Assembly (NCBI GenBank): GCA_965262725.1
Contig: OZ253555.1
Location: forward strand, 256,001 to 320,000
DNA from: Dehalococcoidia bacterium
GTDB lineage: Bacteria > Chloroflexota > Dehalococcoidia > UBA2979
DNA: 64,000 nucleotides
Direction: 5' to 3'
Made by a program: the position numbers and the translations under genes. Position 1 is the first letter of the stretch. Every line of letters begins with the position of its first letter. Below, in pieces: positions 10,682 through 21,773 of this stretch. The notes beneath the pieces are model-generated. The model worked only from the letters and a program-made list of their open reading frames with translations, had not been told where the DNA came from and ran no database searches.

Positions 10682-12355
10682 ATGTACCGGATTCTCGCCG
10701 CCATCGCCGCGGTCTCGCTGCTGACGGCGGCGACGGTCGCCTGCAGCGGCGACGACGACGACAATGACGGTGGGAGCGCCAGTTCCGTGGCTACCGCGGC
10801 GGCGGGCGTCGAAGCCCTGCGGTCTTCCGGGAGCGCCGGGCGAGCGACCGCTGTGACCGCGGCGGCCACAGCAGCCCCGCTAGCAGCCGCAGTAGCCGAA
10901 CCGCCTCGGCGCGCCGAGCCACCGGAGACGACGTTCAGGAACTACGGGCGAACGCCGTTCGCCGATACCTCCACGGACGCCGTCTCCACGTTCAGCCTCG
11001 ACACCGACCGCACGTCGTACTTCCTCGCCCTGACGTGGGCCCAGAACGGCTACACGGTCGAGCCCGACTCCGTGCGGGCGGAGGAGTGGGTCAACGCCTT
11101 CGACTATGGGTACAACCCGCCCCGCTACGACGACAGCTTCGCCATCACGAGCGATGTGGTGGGGCACCCCCTCGGAGGAGGCCGGCATCTCGCCCGCATC
11201 GCCTTCCAGGCGCCCACGGTGCCGGACGACACGCCGGTCAACGTGACGCTCGTGCTCGACGCCTCCGGCTCGATGCGGGACGGCAACCGCGTCGCCATCG
11301 CCCGGGAGGCGGCGGAGGCCATCCGCCAGAGCCTCAGCCCTCGTGACCGCATCGCCGTGGTCCACTTCACGACCGAGGTGCTGAACCAGTACACCGTCGA
11401 GCACCGCCGGCCCGACGACGGCGATGTCGCGCGGTCGATAGGGCGGCTCGCGCCGCACGACAGCACGAACGTGCAGGCCGGGCTCGACCTCGGCGTCCAG
11501 CTCGCGAGCGAGGCCCGCCGGGAGCGTCCCGACGCCTACAACTACATCATCCTGATGTCCGACGGCGTCGCGAACGTCGACGCCACCAATCCCTTCGCCA
11601 TCCTCGAGTCCTCGCCCGACGCGGACTCCCGCAACCCGCTGCGGCTCATCACCGTCGGAGTGGGCATCGCCAACTACAACGACTACCTGCTCGAGCAGCT
11701 GGCCCAGCACGGCAACGGCTGGTACCGCTACCTCGATGACACCACCCAGGCGCGTCAGACGTTCAGCCGCGAGAACTGGATCGCCCTCTCGACCCCCTTC
11801 GCCGACCAGGCCCGCGCCCAGGTGATCTGGGATCCGGCGCGGGTCAGCTCCTGGCGCATCGTCGGCTACGAGAACCGCATTACCCCCGATCACACCTTCG
11901 AGCAGAACCGGAGGGAGTTCGCCGAGCTGCCGTCCGGGGTGGCCACGACGGTGTTCTACGAGCTGGTTCTCCACGACGAGGGCCGAGGACGCTCGCAGCC
12001 GCTGGGCACTGTCGAGGTGCGGTGGGTCGATCCCGCATCCGGGACCTCGCTCACGCAGTCGTCGGTGGTGGCGGGCCGCACGGACGTCCCCTTCGACGCC
12101 GGAGACCGCCATCTCCGCCTGGGGGCGATCGTGGCGCTCGCCGCGGACCGCTACAGCGCGCTGTCGCCGCAGCTCGAGAGTTCCGCCGTCGATCTCGGCG
12201 GCATCGCCTCCGACCTGTCCGCACTGCGAGCCGAGCTGGGGGTGCTCGAGGAGCGGCTGGGCTCGGCACCGGCCTACCGCGACTTCCGCTTCCTCCTGGA
12301 CCAGCTGGCGGCGGCGGCGGAAGAGCAAGCGCCATCGTCGGGCTACAGCCGGTGA
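10682..12355 (+). CDS. vWA-domain lipoprotein (YfbK/DUF3520-like)
   Basis: Lipobox TVAC; STFSLDTDRTSY; MIDAS motif DASGSM; RIVGYENR. The start could lie slightly upstream. Confidence 0.85.
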   Translation: MYRILAAIAAVSLLTAATVACSGDDDDNDGGSASSVATAAAGVEALRSSGSAGRATAVTAAATAAPLAAAVAEPPRRAEPPETTFRNYGRTPFADTSTDAVSTFSLDTDRTSYFLALTWAQNGYTVEPDSVRAEEWVNAFDYGYNPPRYDDSFAITSDVVGHPLGGGRHLARIAFQAPTVPDDTPVNVTLVLDASGSMRDGNRVAIAREAAEAIRQSLSPRDRIAVVHFTTEVLNQYTVEHRRPDDGDVARSIGRLAPHDSTNVQAGLDLGVQLASEARRERPDAYNYIILMSDGVANVDATNPFAILESSPDADSRNPLRLITVGVGIANYNDYLLEQLAQHGNGWYRYLDDTTQARQTFSRENWIALSTPFADQARAQVIWDPARVSSWRIVGYENRITPDHTFEQNRREFAELPSGVATTVFYELVLHDEGRGRSQPLGTVEVRWVDPASGTSLTQSSVVAGRTDVPFDAGDRHLRLGAIVALAADRYSALSPQLESSAVDLGGIASDLSALRAELGVLEERLGSAPAYRDFRFLLDQLAAAAEEQAPSSGYSR

Positions 12356-12476
12356 CCGGTTCCCCCGGGCGGAGCTAGACGCATGTGCGTGATGCCGGCC
12401 GCGGCGTGCAACACCCCGCAGCGCCGCGGCCGGCATCGCTCATCGGATCCCGCCGGCGAGGCAGAGCGGTCCGCTG

Positions 12477-14545
12477 GTGCCACGGCGTAACACCCTGCGG
12501 AAGCTGACCGTCGTGGCGATGGCCCTCGTGCTCGGCCTCATCGCGGTTTCGGGGACGGTTCCCCTGGCGCTGGACGATGGATTCCACAGCCAGCGGCGCC
12601 TCCGCTACGGCGACATCAACCTCAACACCGCGCCGCCCCAGGAAGACTCCTCCCTGCCCGAGGACGGCGTCGTGTCGCTGGCGGGACGTGCCGGTGACCA
12701 CGGGTACCGGGACGGAGGCGGCGACGAGGCGGGCTTCGGGTGGCGCCCCGAAGCGTCGATGGGAATGGCCGTCGACCGTGATGGAAGCGTGGTCGTGGCG
12801 GATTTCCGCAACGGGGCGATCCGCCGCATCTCGCCCGACGGGACCGTCACGACCATCGTGGGGGGAAACGGGTTTGGTTCACGCGATGGCCCCGCGGAGA
12901 CCGCTCAGTTTGACGGACCGACCGACGTGGTCGTCGATCCGGAGGGAGCCATCTACGTCGCCGACTGCTGGGCCGACCGCATCCGGAAGATCACCCCCGA
13001 CGGGATGGTGACGACCGTCGCCGGGTTCACCCAACCCGGCAGTCCGCCGCACCACCGCGATGGCCGCGCCGAGGACGCCGTCTTCATCTCGCCCTGCGGG
13101 CTTGCACTCGGTCCTGACGGCGACCTCTACATCATCGAGCAAATCCGGGTCCGGCGGCTCTCGCCCTCGGGGTGGGTCACCACGTTTGCCGGGGGACGAG
13201 GCCAGGTCTATCGGGACGGCCCGCGAGACCACGCGCAGTCCGGCGCCCTGCAGGACATCGACGTGGACGCCGAGGGCAACGTCTACGTGATCGACGCGAA
13301 CAAATACGTGCCCGGCAGGGACGGGATCCACTACGCCGTTCGCAGGATCGCTACGAGCGGCTGGGTCTCCACGCTCTACCGGAACGGCCCGCCACGCTCC
13401 GGCGGCGTGCTGGCTTACCCCCGGGGGATCGCGGTCACACCCGGCGGCGAGGTGTACGTCACGAACACCGGGCGCAACCAGATCGTGCGGGTCGACGGAC
13501 GCGACAGGCTGGTGGCGGTGGCCGGCACGGGCGACGACGGCTACCGCGACGGCCCCCGCGATCAGGCGCGCCTGAGCCTGCCGGGAGCGCTCGCCATCGC
13601 CCCCGGCGGCGCACTCGTCGTGGTCGAATCAGGGCGACAGCATGGTTCGTGTCGTGAACCCGGATGCCGACGGGAGCTTCACAGGCGTGAAGCAGGCCGT
13701 GATTCCCGATGTCCCGCGGCTTGAGGGTGTGCGCGTCGGCCGGGTGAACGAGCCCGGCGGGATCCTGAACTATCCCCACGGCATCGCGCTGGACGCCGAT
13801 GGACGCATCATCGTCGCTGACACGGGACACCACGCGATTCGACGCATCACGCCGGAGGGGGCCATGCAAACCGTGGCGGGCGGCGCCGGCGAGGGGAGCC
13901 GCAACGGTCCCCGCGATCAGGCGCAGTTCTCCTGGCCCAGCAGTGTTGCCGTGGACCCTCGTGACGTGGTCTATGTGGCGGACACCGGGAACGACGGTCG
14001 GTGGCCGGGAGCAACCCTTCACCAACCCCCGGGGGCTGGCCTTCGATCCGGAGGGCAACCTGCTGTTCGCCCAGCACAACAGGGGGAACATCCTCCGCCT
14101 CTCGGTCGACGGCGAGGTCTCGATCGTTGTGGACGAGGGCAACGACTTCATGGGGGGGCTCGCAGTCGATGACGAGGGGACCGTGTTCTACGCGATCCAC
14201 AAGCTCCCCGCGACCTCCATCCGGAAGGTCGACAGAGACGGCATCGTCTCCACGGTGTTCGAAGATCGTCCCGGGAGGTACGGCGGCATCTTCTCGGACA
14301 ACGTGCCCGGCCTGGCCGTGGCAGCCGACGGGACGCTCTACGCCGTCGACTGGCAGTTCGGCCGGGTCGTCCGGATCTCCCCCGGCGGGGAGGCCGCGAT
14401 CGTTGTCGGGCGGGACTCGTTCCACGATTCCGGGCACTTCCAGCCGACGGCGATCCTCGTGACCCCGGAAGGCGACCTGCTCGTCCTGGACTCGGGCAGG
14501 AGAGTCATCTGGGAGATCACGCTCGGGAACGAGGAAGAAGACTAG
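12477..14545 (+). pseudogene. NHL-repeat secreted protein with two frameshifts (near 13635 and 13995)
   Basis: NHL repeats (IYVADxxNxRIRKITPDG) continue across three successive reading frames. Confidence 0.75.
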
Positions 14546-14689
14546 CCCCGCTGTTGCGGAGATCGAGTAGAGACAAGACGGGCGGCGTCTTCCGGCACCG
14601 GGTCGGTGAGCGGAGGCGAAACGGACGGTGCGCCGTCGACCGCGAGCGTCGGAGAGACCTGTCCCCTCCTTGAGAGGGGCCTGCGTCGA

Positions 14690-14850
14690 GCGGCCGGCCG
14701 AGGTAACTCGAGACGGCCGAGTCGAGCTCGGAAGCAGATGCGGAGACCTGGCTCCTGCAGATGCCCTCGCAGCCGAGGGAGCGCACCAGGTCGTCGACGC
14801 GGCGGGTGGAGACCCCCTCCACGTAGGCCTGCTGCACGACCGACAGGAAG
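14690..14850 (-). pseudogene. IS256 transposase fragment
   Basis: QQAYVEGVSTRRVDDLVRSLG motif. Confidence 0.75.
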
Positions 14851-14860
14851 GGCGCGACGG

Positions 14861-15271
14861 CTACTCCGGGCTGAGACCCACGACCAGGTCGCGCAGCGTG
14901 ACCAGGCCGCGGGGCGCCCCGGCGTCATCGACCACCAGCGCGCGAGAGGCGCCAAGTCGCACCAGCAGCCGCACCGCGTAGCGCGCTAGCATTCCCGAGC
15001 GCACCGCCAGCGCAGGCTTCGTCATGACCTCGTAGACATTGACCCGCTCCGGTGCGCGGTCGCGCGCGATCACCTCCTGCGCCAGGTCGTTCACCGTGAT
15101 CAGTCCCAGCTCGTCGTCGTCGTGGCGCCGGTTGACCACCAGCGAGCTGATCTGCAGCCGCTTCATCGTCGCCATGGCCTCGGCCACCGTCGCCAGTCCG
15201 TCGATGGCGTGCACCTCCGACCCCATGATGTCCGACACGCGTATCGCCCTCTTGTCGCCCTGATCGGTCAT
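14861..15271 (-). CDS. CBS-domain protein
   Basis: Tandem CBS motifs (VSDIM..., GLITVNDL, VYEVMTKP). Confidence 0.88.
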   Translation of the reverse strand: MTDQGDKRAIRVSDIMGSEVHAIDGLATVAEAMATMKRLQISSLVVNRRHDDDELGLITVNDLAQEVIARDRAPERVNVYEVMTKPALAVRSGMLARYAVRLLVRLGASRALVVDDAGAPRGLVTLRDLVVGLSPE

Positions 15272-15618
15272 AGCGCGCCTTCCAGCTCCGCCATGAGCGT
15301 GGGCAACTGCGTCGAGAGGCCGACGGCGTCCTCGATGGTGAGCTGAAAGGCGACGCCGGCGCCGTGCTCTCGGTCCATGCCGCCGGCCGCCGCGAGGCGC
15401 TCCAGGATGTCGCGGGCCCGCGGCTCCGCCACGAGAAAGAGCACGACGTCCCGGCTCGCCGCCAGGTCCAGCCCGAGAAAGGTCTTTGCCGGCTTCAGCC
15501 CCTCGCCACGCACACTGCTGATGATGGTGGCGCCGGTCGCGCCGCCCGCCCGAGCGGCATCGATGATGTGGTTCGTCTTCTCGTTGCTCACCAGCGCGAC
15601 GACCAGCGCCATCTTCAT
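15268..15618 (-). CDS. P-II-like regulator
   Basis: MKMALVVAL...IDAARAGGATGATII...GVAFQLTIEDAVGL; translationally coupled to its neighbours. Confidence 0.8.
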   Translation of the reverse strand: MKMALVVALVSNEKTNHIIDAARAGGATGATIISSVRGEGLKPAKTFLGLDLAASRDVVLFLVAEPRARDILERLAAAGGMDREHGAGVAFQLTIEDAVGLSTQLPTLMAELEGAL

Positions 15619-16403
15619 GATTCGACCTCCTGGCGTTCGCTCCGGGTGCGCCAGCGTCCGACCCGCCCGGCGACGATGGCGTAACCTAGCACCGACATGA
15701 TGGGAAAGACACTGGCGAAGGCGATCAGCCCAAATCCGTCGATGAGCGGGCTGCGCCCCGGGACGTTGGCGGCGAGGCCCAGCCCCAGCGCCGCCAACAC
15801 CGGCACCGTGACGGTCGAGGTGGTGACACCCCCGCTGTCGTAGGCCAGCGGGATGATGGTGCGGCTGCTCGCGTACGTCTGCACGATGACGACGACGTAG
15901 GCTGCCACGATGTACCACGGCAGCGGCGTGCCCGTCACGATGCGGAAGCACCCCAGCGACACCCCGACGGCCACGCCCACCGCCACGGCGATGCGGAGCC
16001 CCCAGGCGTTCACCGCGTGGCCCGACACCTCCTCGGCCTTCAGCGCCACGGCGATGAGGGCCGGCTCGGCCACCGTCGTCGCAAAGCCGATGGACGCCGC
16101 GAAGAGATAGACGACCCAATAGTCCTCCCACCGCACCGCGCCCGCCAGCGCCGACGCCCCTGCCGTCTCCGTGAGTTGCCGCGCCATCGTCTCGCCGATC
16201 GGGAACAGCGCCTGCTCCAGCCCGATGAGGAACAGCGCCAGCCCCAGCAGCACCATGACCGACCCGGTGGCGATGCCCCCGATGTTGGGCAGGCTGCGCC
16301 GCAGCACCCCCACCTGGAACACCACCAGGATGACGACGATGGGCGTCACGTCCCGCAGCGTGTACAGCAGGGTGTCGCCGAAGCGCGCCAGGAACTCCAG
16401 CAT
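15615..16403 (-). CDS. DUF1538 membrane protein
   Basis: [11 protein letters not shown] and AYDSGGVTT motifs. Confidence 0.85.
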   Translation of the reverse strand: MLEFLARFGDTLLYTLRDVTPIVVILVVFQVGVLRRSLPNIGGIATGSVMVLLGLALFLIGLEQALFPIGETMARQLTETAGASALAGAVRWEDYWVVYLFAASIGFATTVAEPALIAVALKAEEVSGHAVNAWGLRIAVAVGVAVGVSLGCFRIVTGTPLPWYIVAAYVVVIVQTYASSRTIIPLAYDSGGVTTSTVTVPVLAALGLGLAANVPGRSPLIDGFGLIAFASVFPIMSVLGYAIVAGRVGRWRTRSERQEVES

Positions 16404-17116
16404 CACGCCACCATCCCGTAGCCCAGCACGCAGATCATGGGGCTGAGGCTGGCGAAGGCGATCAGCCCGAAGCCGTCGAGCATCGGGTTGCGCCCCCGGA
16501 TGGTGGAGGCGAGACCCACCCCCAGCGCGGTGACCAGGGGCACCGTGATCGTGCTGGTCGTCACGCCCCCCGAGTCGTAGGCCACCCCCACAATCTCCTC
16601 GGGCGCGAACAGGGTCATCACCATGACCAGCACGTAGCCACTGATGATGAAGCGGTGAATGGGCCACCCCTTCAGGATGCGCAGCACCCCGAGAACGATG
16701 GCGAGGCCGACGGCGACGGCCACCACCCCGCGCAGCTCAAGGGCGTACCGGTCCCGGGCAGCCTGGCTGCCACCGATGAAGTCCGCCTCCGCCGCCACGT
16801 CAGCCGCCTCGGCCGCCACGGCGACGAGCGCCGGCTCCGCCACAGTGGTGCCGAAGCCGAGACAGAACGCCAGCCCCAGCAGCGCCGTTGCGCTCCCCTT
16901 GCGCGCCATCCCATGGGCCAGCGCCTCGCCCAGCGGGAACAGTCCGCTCTGCAGCCCCTGGACGAACAGCGCCAGCCCCAGGACCACGCACACCAGCCCG
17001 ACGACCACGTTGGCGATGTCGGGAAAGGGCTGTCGGAGGACGACGACCTGGAAGAAGGCGATGACAGCAAAAATGGGTGCCAGATCTCGCAGCGCGCCCA
17101 GAGTCTGCTTCCCCAT
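16403..17116 (-). CDS. DUF1538 membrane protein
   Basis: [11 protein letters not shown] and AYDSGGVTT motifs. Confidence 0.85.
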   Translation of the reverse strand: MGKQTLGALRDLAPIFAVIAFFQVVVLRQPFPDIANVVVGLVCVVLGLALFVQGLQSGLFPLGEALAHGMARKGSATALLGLAFCLGFGTTVAEPALVAVAAEAADVAAEADFIGGSQAARDRYALELRGVVAVAVGLAIVLGVLRILKGWPIHRFIISGYVLVMVMTLFAPEEIVGVAYDSGGVTTSTITVPLVTALGVGLASTIRGRNPMLDGFGLIAFASLSPMICVLGYGMVA

Positions 17117-17179
17117 GGCTAGCGCGAAACCAGGCAAGCCAGACTCCTCGCGTGTGTATTGCACGGGGGATTGTGCATC

Positions 17180-17437
17180 ATGCGAACGACGATCTCACTC
17201 GATGAGCGGCTTGCGAGGCAGGTGTGGCGGGCCGCCGCCGCGCAGGGCATCAGCATGAGCTCCTTCATCGCCCGAACGCTGGACGATGCCATGAAGCGGC
17301 GCGAGCCGGCGGAGCGGCCGCCGTTCCAGCTGGTGACGGTGCGCGGCGTTCGTTCCCGCGCCGGCGGTGACCTCGACCGGCCCCGGGCACTCGATGCACG
17401 GGAGGACCAGGCCCGCTTTCCCGCAGAGGGCCGGTGA
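17180..17437 (+). CDS. RHH (VapB-like) antitoxin
   Basis: [13 protein letters not shown]-terminus. Confidence 0.75.
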   Translation: MRTTISLDERLARQVWRAAAAQGISMSSFIARTLDDAMKRREPAERPPFQLVTVRGVRSRAGGDLDRPRALDAREDQARFPAEGR

Positions 17438-17443
17438 GCCCGG

Positions 17444-17545
17444 ATGCTGCTTCCCGACGTCAACGTGCTGGTGACGCACACGTCGAGGACTATGCGAACT
17501 GGGTCACGCGCCTGGCGACGGGGCCGGAGCCGTTCGCCCTCTCGG
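17444..17545 (+). pseudogene. VapC/PIN toxin remnant
   Basis: MLLPDVNVLV start, followed by a frameshift and truncation. Confidence 0.65.
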
Positions 17546-17797
17546 CGGCATCCGCTGCGCCCCGACGTCATGTAGCGACGCGCCGCAGCGGCGATCCGAG
17601 GAGGCACGGCTGGGCACCGCCCCGGACTGCGCCGCGCCCGGTGCGGCTGGGTACGACAGCGGCTGGCGTGCAGGTGGCGAGCACCTCCAGCTCGCGGCGC
17701 CGGCGGCGGCGCATCGGGGACCGCCCCCGCTCGCCATCGTCTTCGGCGGCACGCCAGGCCGTCTCATTGGTCACGAAGTTCGTGCTACACTGATTTC

Positions 17798-18028
17798 GTG
17801 CGGAACGTGACCATCGTCCTCGACGACGAGACGGCGCGCTGGGCGCGAATCGAGGCCGCGCGGCGGGACACCAGCGTGTCGCGACTGGTCGGCGGCCTGA
17901 TCCGGGAGCAGATGGCACGCGAGGACCGCTACGAGCGGGCCCGGCGCTCCTACCTCGCACAGCCGCCCACGGACATCAGTTCCCGTTCGGGGGCCTACCC
18001 GTCCCGCGACGAGATGCACCGGCGGTGA
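17798..18028 (+). CDS. CopG/RHH antitoxin
   Basis: MRNVTIVLDDETARWARIEAA...SRDEMHRR; overlaps the PIN gene at GTGA. Confidence 0.8.
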   Translation: MRNVTIVLDDETARWARIEAARRDTSVSRLVGGLIREQMAREDRYERARRSYLAQPPTDISSRSGAYPSRDEMHRR

Positions 18029-18480
18029 GTGTCTTCGTCGATACGAACGTCCTGGTATATGCACGAGACGTCCATGATCCCGAGAAGTGCCGGAAGGCCC
18101 GCACCTGGATGGAGCACCTCTGGTCGTCCCGCGAAGGGCGACTGAGCGCACAGGTCCTGAACGAGTACTACGTCACCGTCACCGGGAAACTCGTGCCCGG
18201 TCTTCCGCCCGCTGAGGCCCGAGCCGACATCGAGCGGCTCCTGACCTGGAGCCCGCTCCCGGTCGACGCGACCCTCATCGAGGATGCGCTCGAGATCGGC
18301 GAGGCCGGGGCGTTCTCGCACTGGGATGCGCTGATCGTTGCCGCCGCCCAGCGAGCAGGCTGCGAGTTCCTGCTGACGGAAGACCTCAGCGACGGACGGA
18401 CGATCGACTCGCTCACCGTCATCAGCCCTTTCACACACGATCCCCGCCCCGGTCGAGAGCAGCCCGCCGGGCACGACTGA
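18025..18480 (+). CDS. PIN-domain (VapC) toxin
   Basis: FVDTNVLVYA, VLNE, WDALI and LLTED motifs. Confidence 0.88.
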   Translation: MSVFVDTNVLVYARDVHDPEKCRKARTWMEHLWSSREGRLSAQVLNEYYVTVTGKLVPGLPPAEARADIERLLTWSPLPVDATLIEDALEIGEAGAFSHWDALIVAAAQRAGCEFLLTEDLSDGRTIDSLTVISPFTHDPRPGREQPAGHD

Positions 18481-18632
18481 GGCCACGGCGGCCGGGCGTG
18501 GCGCGGACCAGGCGACTGTGTTTGAGCTTGCCGGAGTCGACAGTGAAGGCCTTGAGATCCGCCGCCCCTGCGGATCTCCCCACGCTGCCACTCGGGTAGG
18601 GCCCGCACGATCGGGCTCGTGCCCGTCTCGTC

Positions 18633-20933
18633 TCAGCGGCACAGCAGGCCGAACTGGTAGCCGCGCGCGGCCAGGCCGTCGAGCACGGTCTCGAGGGCGG
18701 CGACGGTCTGTGAGCGCTCGCCGCCGCCATCGTGCATGAGGATGATCGCGCCGGGGCGCACGCTGGACAGCACGTGCGAGGTGATCTGCTCGGCGCCGGG
18801 CCGGCGCCAGTCCTGCGTGTCGATGCTCCACAGCACGATCGATTTGCCGAGTTCGGCGGCCAGCTCCCTCGTCTGCGCGTTCATCGCCGCGTACGGCGGG
18901 CGCAGGCACGCGATGGGGTCGACGCGATCGCCGGCGGCGGCGTGGAGCGCCTCGTCGGCCGCGGCGACCTGCGAGATGAAGAGCTCGCGCGGGGCCTTGT
19001 CGAGCCAGATGTGGTCGAAGGTGTGGTTCTCGGCCTCGTGCCCGGCGGCGATCATGCGGTCGACAATCTCCGGGAACCGCGAGACGTTCTGGCCGAGCGC
19101 GAAGAACGTCGCCGGCGCCTCGTACCGCGCGAGGAGGTCCAGCACCCTCGGCGTCCACGTGGGGTGCGGGCCGTCGTCGAATGTCAGGTAGACGACCGGC
19201 GCGCCCGCCCGGTCGTGCGCCGCCGGCTCAGACGGCTCGACGTTCCCGGTCGGCGCGGGCTCCGGCTCGGGCTGCTGCCACGCTGCCTCGATCGCGTCCC
19301 ACGTCGGGCCGTCGACCACGCCCGTCGGTTCGAGGTCGGCCTCCTGCTGAATCTGGATCACGGCCTCGCGCGTGGGCGTGTCGTAGACGTCGTAGTAACG
19401 GCCCGAGTCGACGAAGCCGAGCGAGCGCACGCGCGCGAGGCGCTGCTGCAACGCTCGCACGAAGCGCCCGCGGTCGCCCGACCCGAGCGTGAGCCCACCT
19501 GCGAAGCGCTCCGGAGGCGGCGCCGTCAGCAACTCCTCGGCTGCCGGTGTCTCGGGTGGCAGGCCGGGCGCCTTCCCGGCGGCGTCAAGGAACGCCACCG
19601 CCTGCTGGAGGAACGCGTCGTCCGGTGCGAGCTCCGCCGCTCGGCGGGCCGCCTCGCGCGCGCGGTCGAGGTCGTCGGGCGACGCGAGCACGAGCCCGAG
19701 CGCGCGGACCGCGTGGACGGACGGGTCGTCGGGGCGCTGGCCGCTTGCCCGCTCGCTGTAGTCGAGGATCGTCACGGCCATCGTCGCGAGATCGGTCTCG
19801 GCGGCGGTGTTCGCGATCAGCGGACCGTCGAGGGCAAACGCATCGGCGGGGGAGTGCTGGCGCATGAGGTCGAGCGCGGCCGCGTACTCGCCGGCGAGCA
19901 CGTTGGTGAGCAGCGGCTGGCCCGGCGAGCCCGCGTGGGCGAGTCGCAGCGCCGCGCCCTGGTTGACGAGGATGGAGAGCCAGCGCAGGCCGTCCTCGCC
20001 CGGCGCCCGGCTCGCCGTCGTCACGGCGAGCGCCGCGGCCTCCCTCCAGAGGTCGGCCTCGGCCAGTTGGACGACGCGCGCGGCGGCCGTCGCGGCGTCG
20101 CCCGCGAGGCCGGGTGGCACTCGGAGCGGCGCGTCGCTGAGCGCGGAGCCGTCCCAGCGGTGGATGCGGACGGCGTGCTCCTCGACGGCACAGGCGTAGC
20201 AGAACACGTAGGGGTTCGAGGTGTTGAGCACGAACTCCGGCACGCCGTCACCGTCGAGGTCCGTGATCTCGCCCGCGTTGGGTCGCGAGCTGATGTGCGA
20301 GAGCGCGGTCGAGATGACGCCGGTAGCAGCGGCGAAGCGGATCACGTCGAGCGTCCCCGCGTGGGCGCCCGTCGGGCCGCGGACCACAATCCAGGCGCTG
20401 CCGGGCGTGATCGACAGGAGATCGACTTCGCCGGTGCGCTGGGGGGCCGACTCGATCTCGACGCGTGCGAGCTCGGGCGACCACGACCCGCCGGCGTTGA
20501 GCCGGTAGACGGCGACGATGTGGAAGAAGTTCACGGGGTCGCCGGCGGCGTTCACGTACCCGGGTTGCGGGCCGCCGGTGAGGACGGCCCAGTAGCGACC
20601 CTCCGCGTCGCTCAGTTCGAGGTCGAGCGCGCGCGCCTCGAGCAGGTTCTCTCCGAACTCCTTGGCGATGTCGGCGAGCACCATCGCCTCGAGTTCGGCG
20701 GCGTGCTGCGCGAGCTCGGCGGCGGTGGGTGCAGGCGGAGGCGTGGGGCTGGGCGCTGGTGTCCGGGCGGGTGCGGGCGTCGCGGCGGGAGGCGGCGACG
20801 GGCTTGTCGTCGTCGTGGGCTCGGGCGTGTCGCTGGAGCTACCGAACGGGTTGCACGCCACGAGCACCAGCGCGCCTGCGGCGAGGAAGGCGGCAGCCAG
20901 TTGCCGGCTCATCGAACGAACGGTAGCAGCCAC
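18633..20933 (-). CDS. Lipoprotein with peptidoglycan-binding and polysaccharide deacetylase domains
   Basis: Lipobox LVAC; TGVVDGPTW; YLTFDDGP, ENHTFDH, RPPY and IILMHDG motifs. Confidence 0.88.
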   Translation of the reverse strand: MAATVRSMSRQLAAAFLAAGALVLVACNPFGSSSDTPEPTTTTSPSPPPAATPAPARTPAPSPTPPPAPTAAELAQHAAELEAMVLADIAKEFGENLLEARALDLELSDAEGRYWAVLTGGPQPGYVNAAGDPVNFFHIVAVYRLNAGGSWSPELARVEIESAPQRTGEVDLLSITPGSAWIVVRGPTGAHAGTLDVIRFAAATGVISTALSHISSRPNAGEITDLDGDGVPEFVLNTSNPYVFCYACAVEEHAVRIHRWDGSALSDAPLRVPPGLAGDAATAAARVVQLAEADLWREAAALAVTTASRAPGEDGLRWLSILVNQGAALRLAHAGSPGQPLLTNVLAGEYAAALDLMRQHSPADAFALDGPLIANTAAETDLATMAVTILDYSERASGQRPDDPSVHAVRALGLVLASPDDLDRAREAARRAAELAPDDAFLQQAVAFLDAAGKAPGLPPETPAAEELLTAPPPERFAGGLTLGSGDRGRFVRALQQRLARVRSLGFVDSGRYYDVYDTPTREAVIQIQQEADLEPTGVVDGPTWDAIEAAWQQPEPEPAPTGNVEPSEPAAHDRAGAPVVYLTFDDGPHPTWTPRVLDLLARYEAPATFFALGQNVSRFPEIVDRMIAAGHEAENHTFDHIWLDKAPRELFISQVAAADEALHAAAGDRVDPIACLRPPYAAMNAQTRELAAELGKSIVLWSIDTQDWRRPGAEQITSHVLSSVRPGAIILMHDGGGERSQTVAALETVLDGLAARGYQFGLLCR

Positions 20934-21001
20934 GGGAGCGCTACGGATGACACCAGCTCAGATCGGACTGGAGGCGAACGGCGACACGTGCAGAAGAGCG
21001 G

Positions 21002-21235
21002 CACAACACGAGCGTCCGCGCGACCGCCCTCGTCCTCCACGCCCTCACGGAGGCGGATCCCCGCCATCCCCTCATCGAGGAGGCCGCCCGCTGGCTCGTG
21101 CTCGCGTGCTCACAAGAGCGCTGGACGACCTCGGTCGAGCGGGCACAGGGCATGGCGTCGCTCGGGGCCTTCGCGGAGCTGACCGGCGAACTCCGGAGCG
21201 CCTACGACTACCGCTTGCTGCTCAACACGCGCCAG
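21002..21235 (+). pseudogene. Internal fragment of an alpha-2-macroglobulin-like gene
   Basis: HNTSVRATALVLHALTEADPRHPLIEEAARWL...RAQGMASLGAFAELTGE aligns by eye with the ORF at 62779-63987. Confidence 0.75.
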
Positions 21236-21347
21236 ATGCCGTGCCCGCCGTGAGCTGCCTCGGCCGTCTCACGGAATGCTAGCGGGCGTCCTGCCCCGGT
21301 AGCGGTGTGCGGCCGCGATGTGTCCGGCTCAGTCCGCTGGATCAGAT

Positions 21348-21773
21348 TCAGAGAGGGTTGCGCCAGCGCAGGCCCGGGAATCGGCCGAAGTCCGCGTCGT
21401 TGGAGTGCAGCTCGGCCTGATACTCGATCGTGAGGGCGGCGATATGGGCATCCGTCACGAGGTTGGCGCCGACGCCCGACGCTATCAGGAGGCGGCGGAA
21501 CAGCGTCAGGTGCTCCGCGCCGGGGTTGAGCGGCGTGACGTGGGGGAAGTCGAACCACTCCCGCACATAGTCAACGGCCTGCTCCGGCGTGCACGGCTCG
21601 CTGAGCACGCTCGCGTGGGTGAGTAGACGGACGAAGCCGGCCGCCACCAGCCAGGGGACGCCAACCCGATCCGTACCGTTGACGAGATCTTCCCACCAGC
21701 GACGGGCGGGCGCGTGCAACGCCGTGGCGTCGTTGTGGGCGTAGATGAGCAGATTCAGGTCGGGGACGATCAC
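21348..21773 (-). CDS. VapC-family PIN toxin
   Basis: MIVPDLNLLIYA, DAHIAAL and SNDADF motifs. Confidence 0.88.
   Translation of the reverse strand: MIVPDLNLLIYAHNDATALHAPARRWWEDLVNGTDRVGVPWLVAAGFVRLLTHASVLSEPCTPEQAVDYVREWFDFPHVTPLNPGAEHLTLFRRLLIASGVGANLVTDAHIAALTIEYQAELHSNDADFGRFPGLRWRNPL

Noticed and set aside
18732-21182. 816-aa plus-strand ORF and other long shadow ORFs (e.g. 10880-12436, 55705-57213)
   Set aside because: Antisense shadows of high-GC genes that have clear motifs on the other strand.
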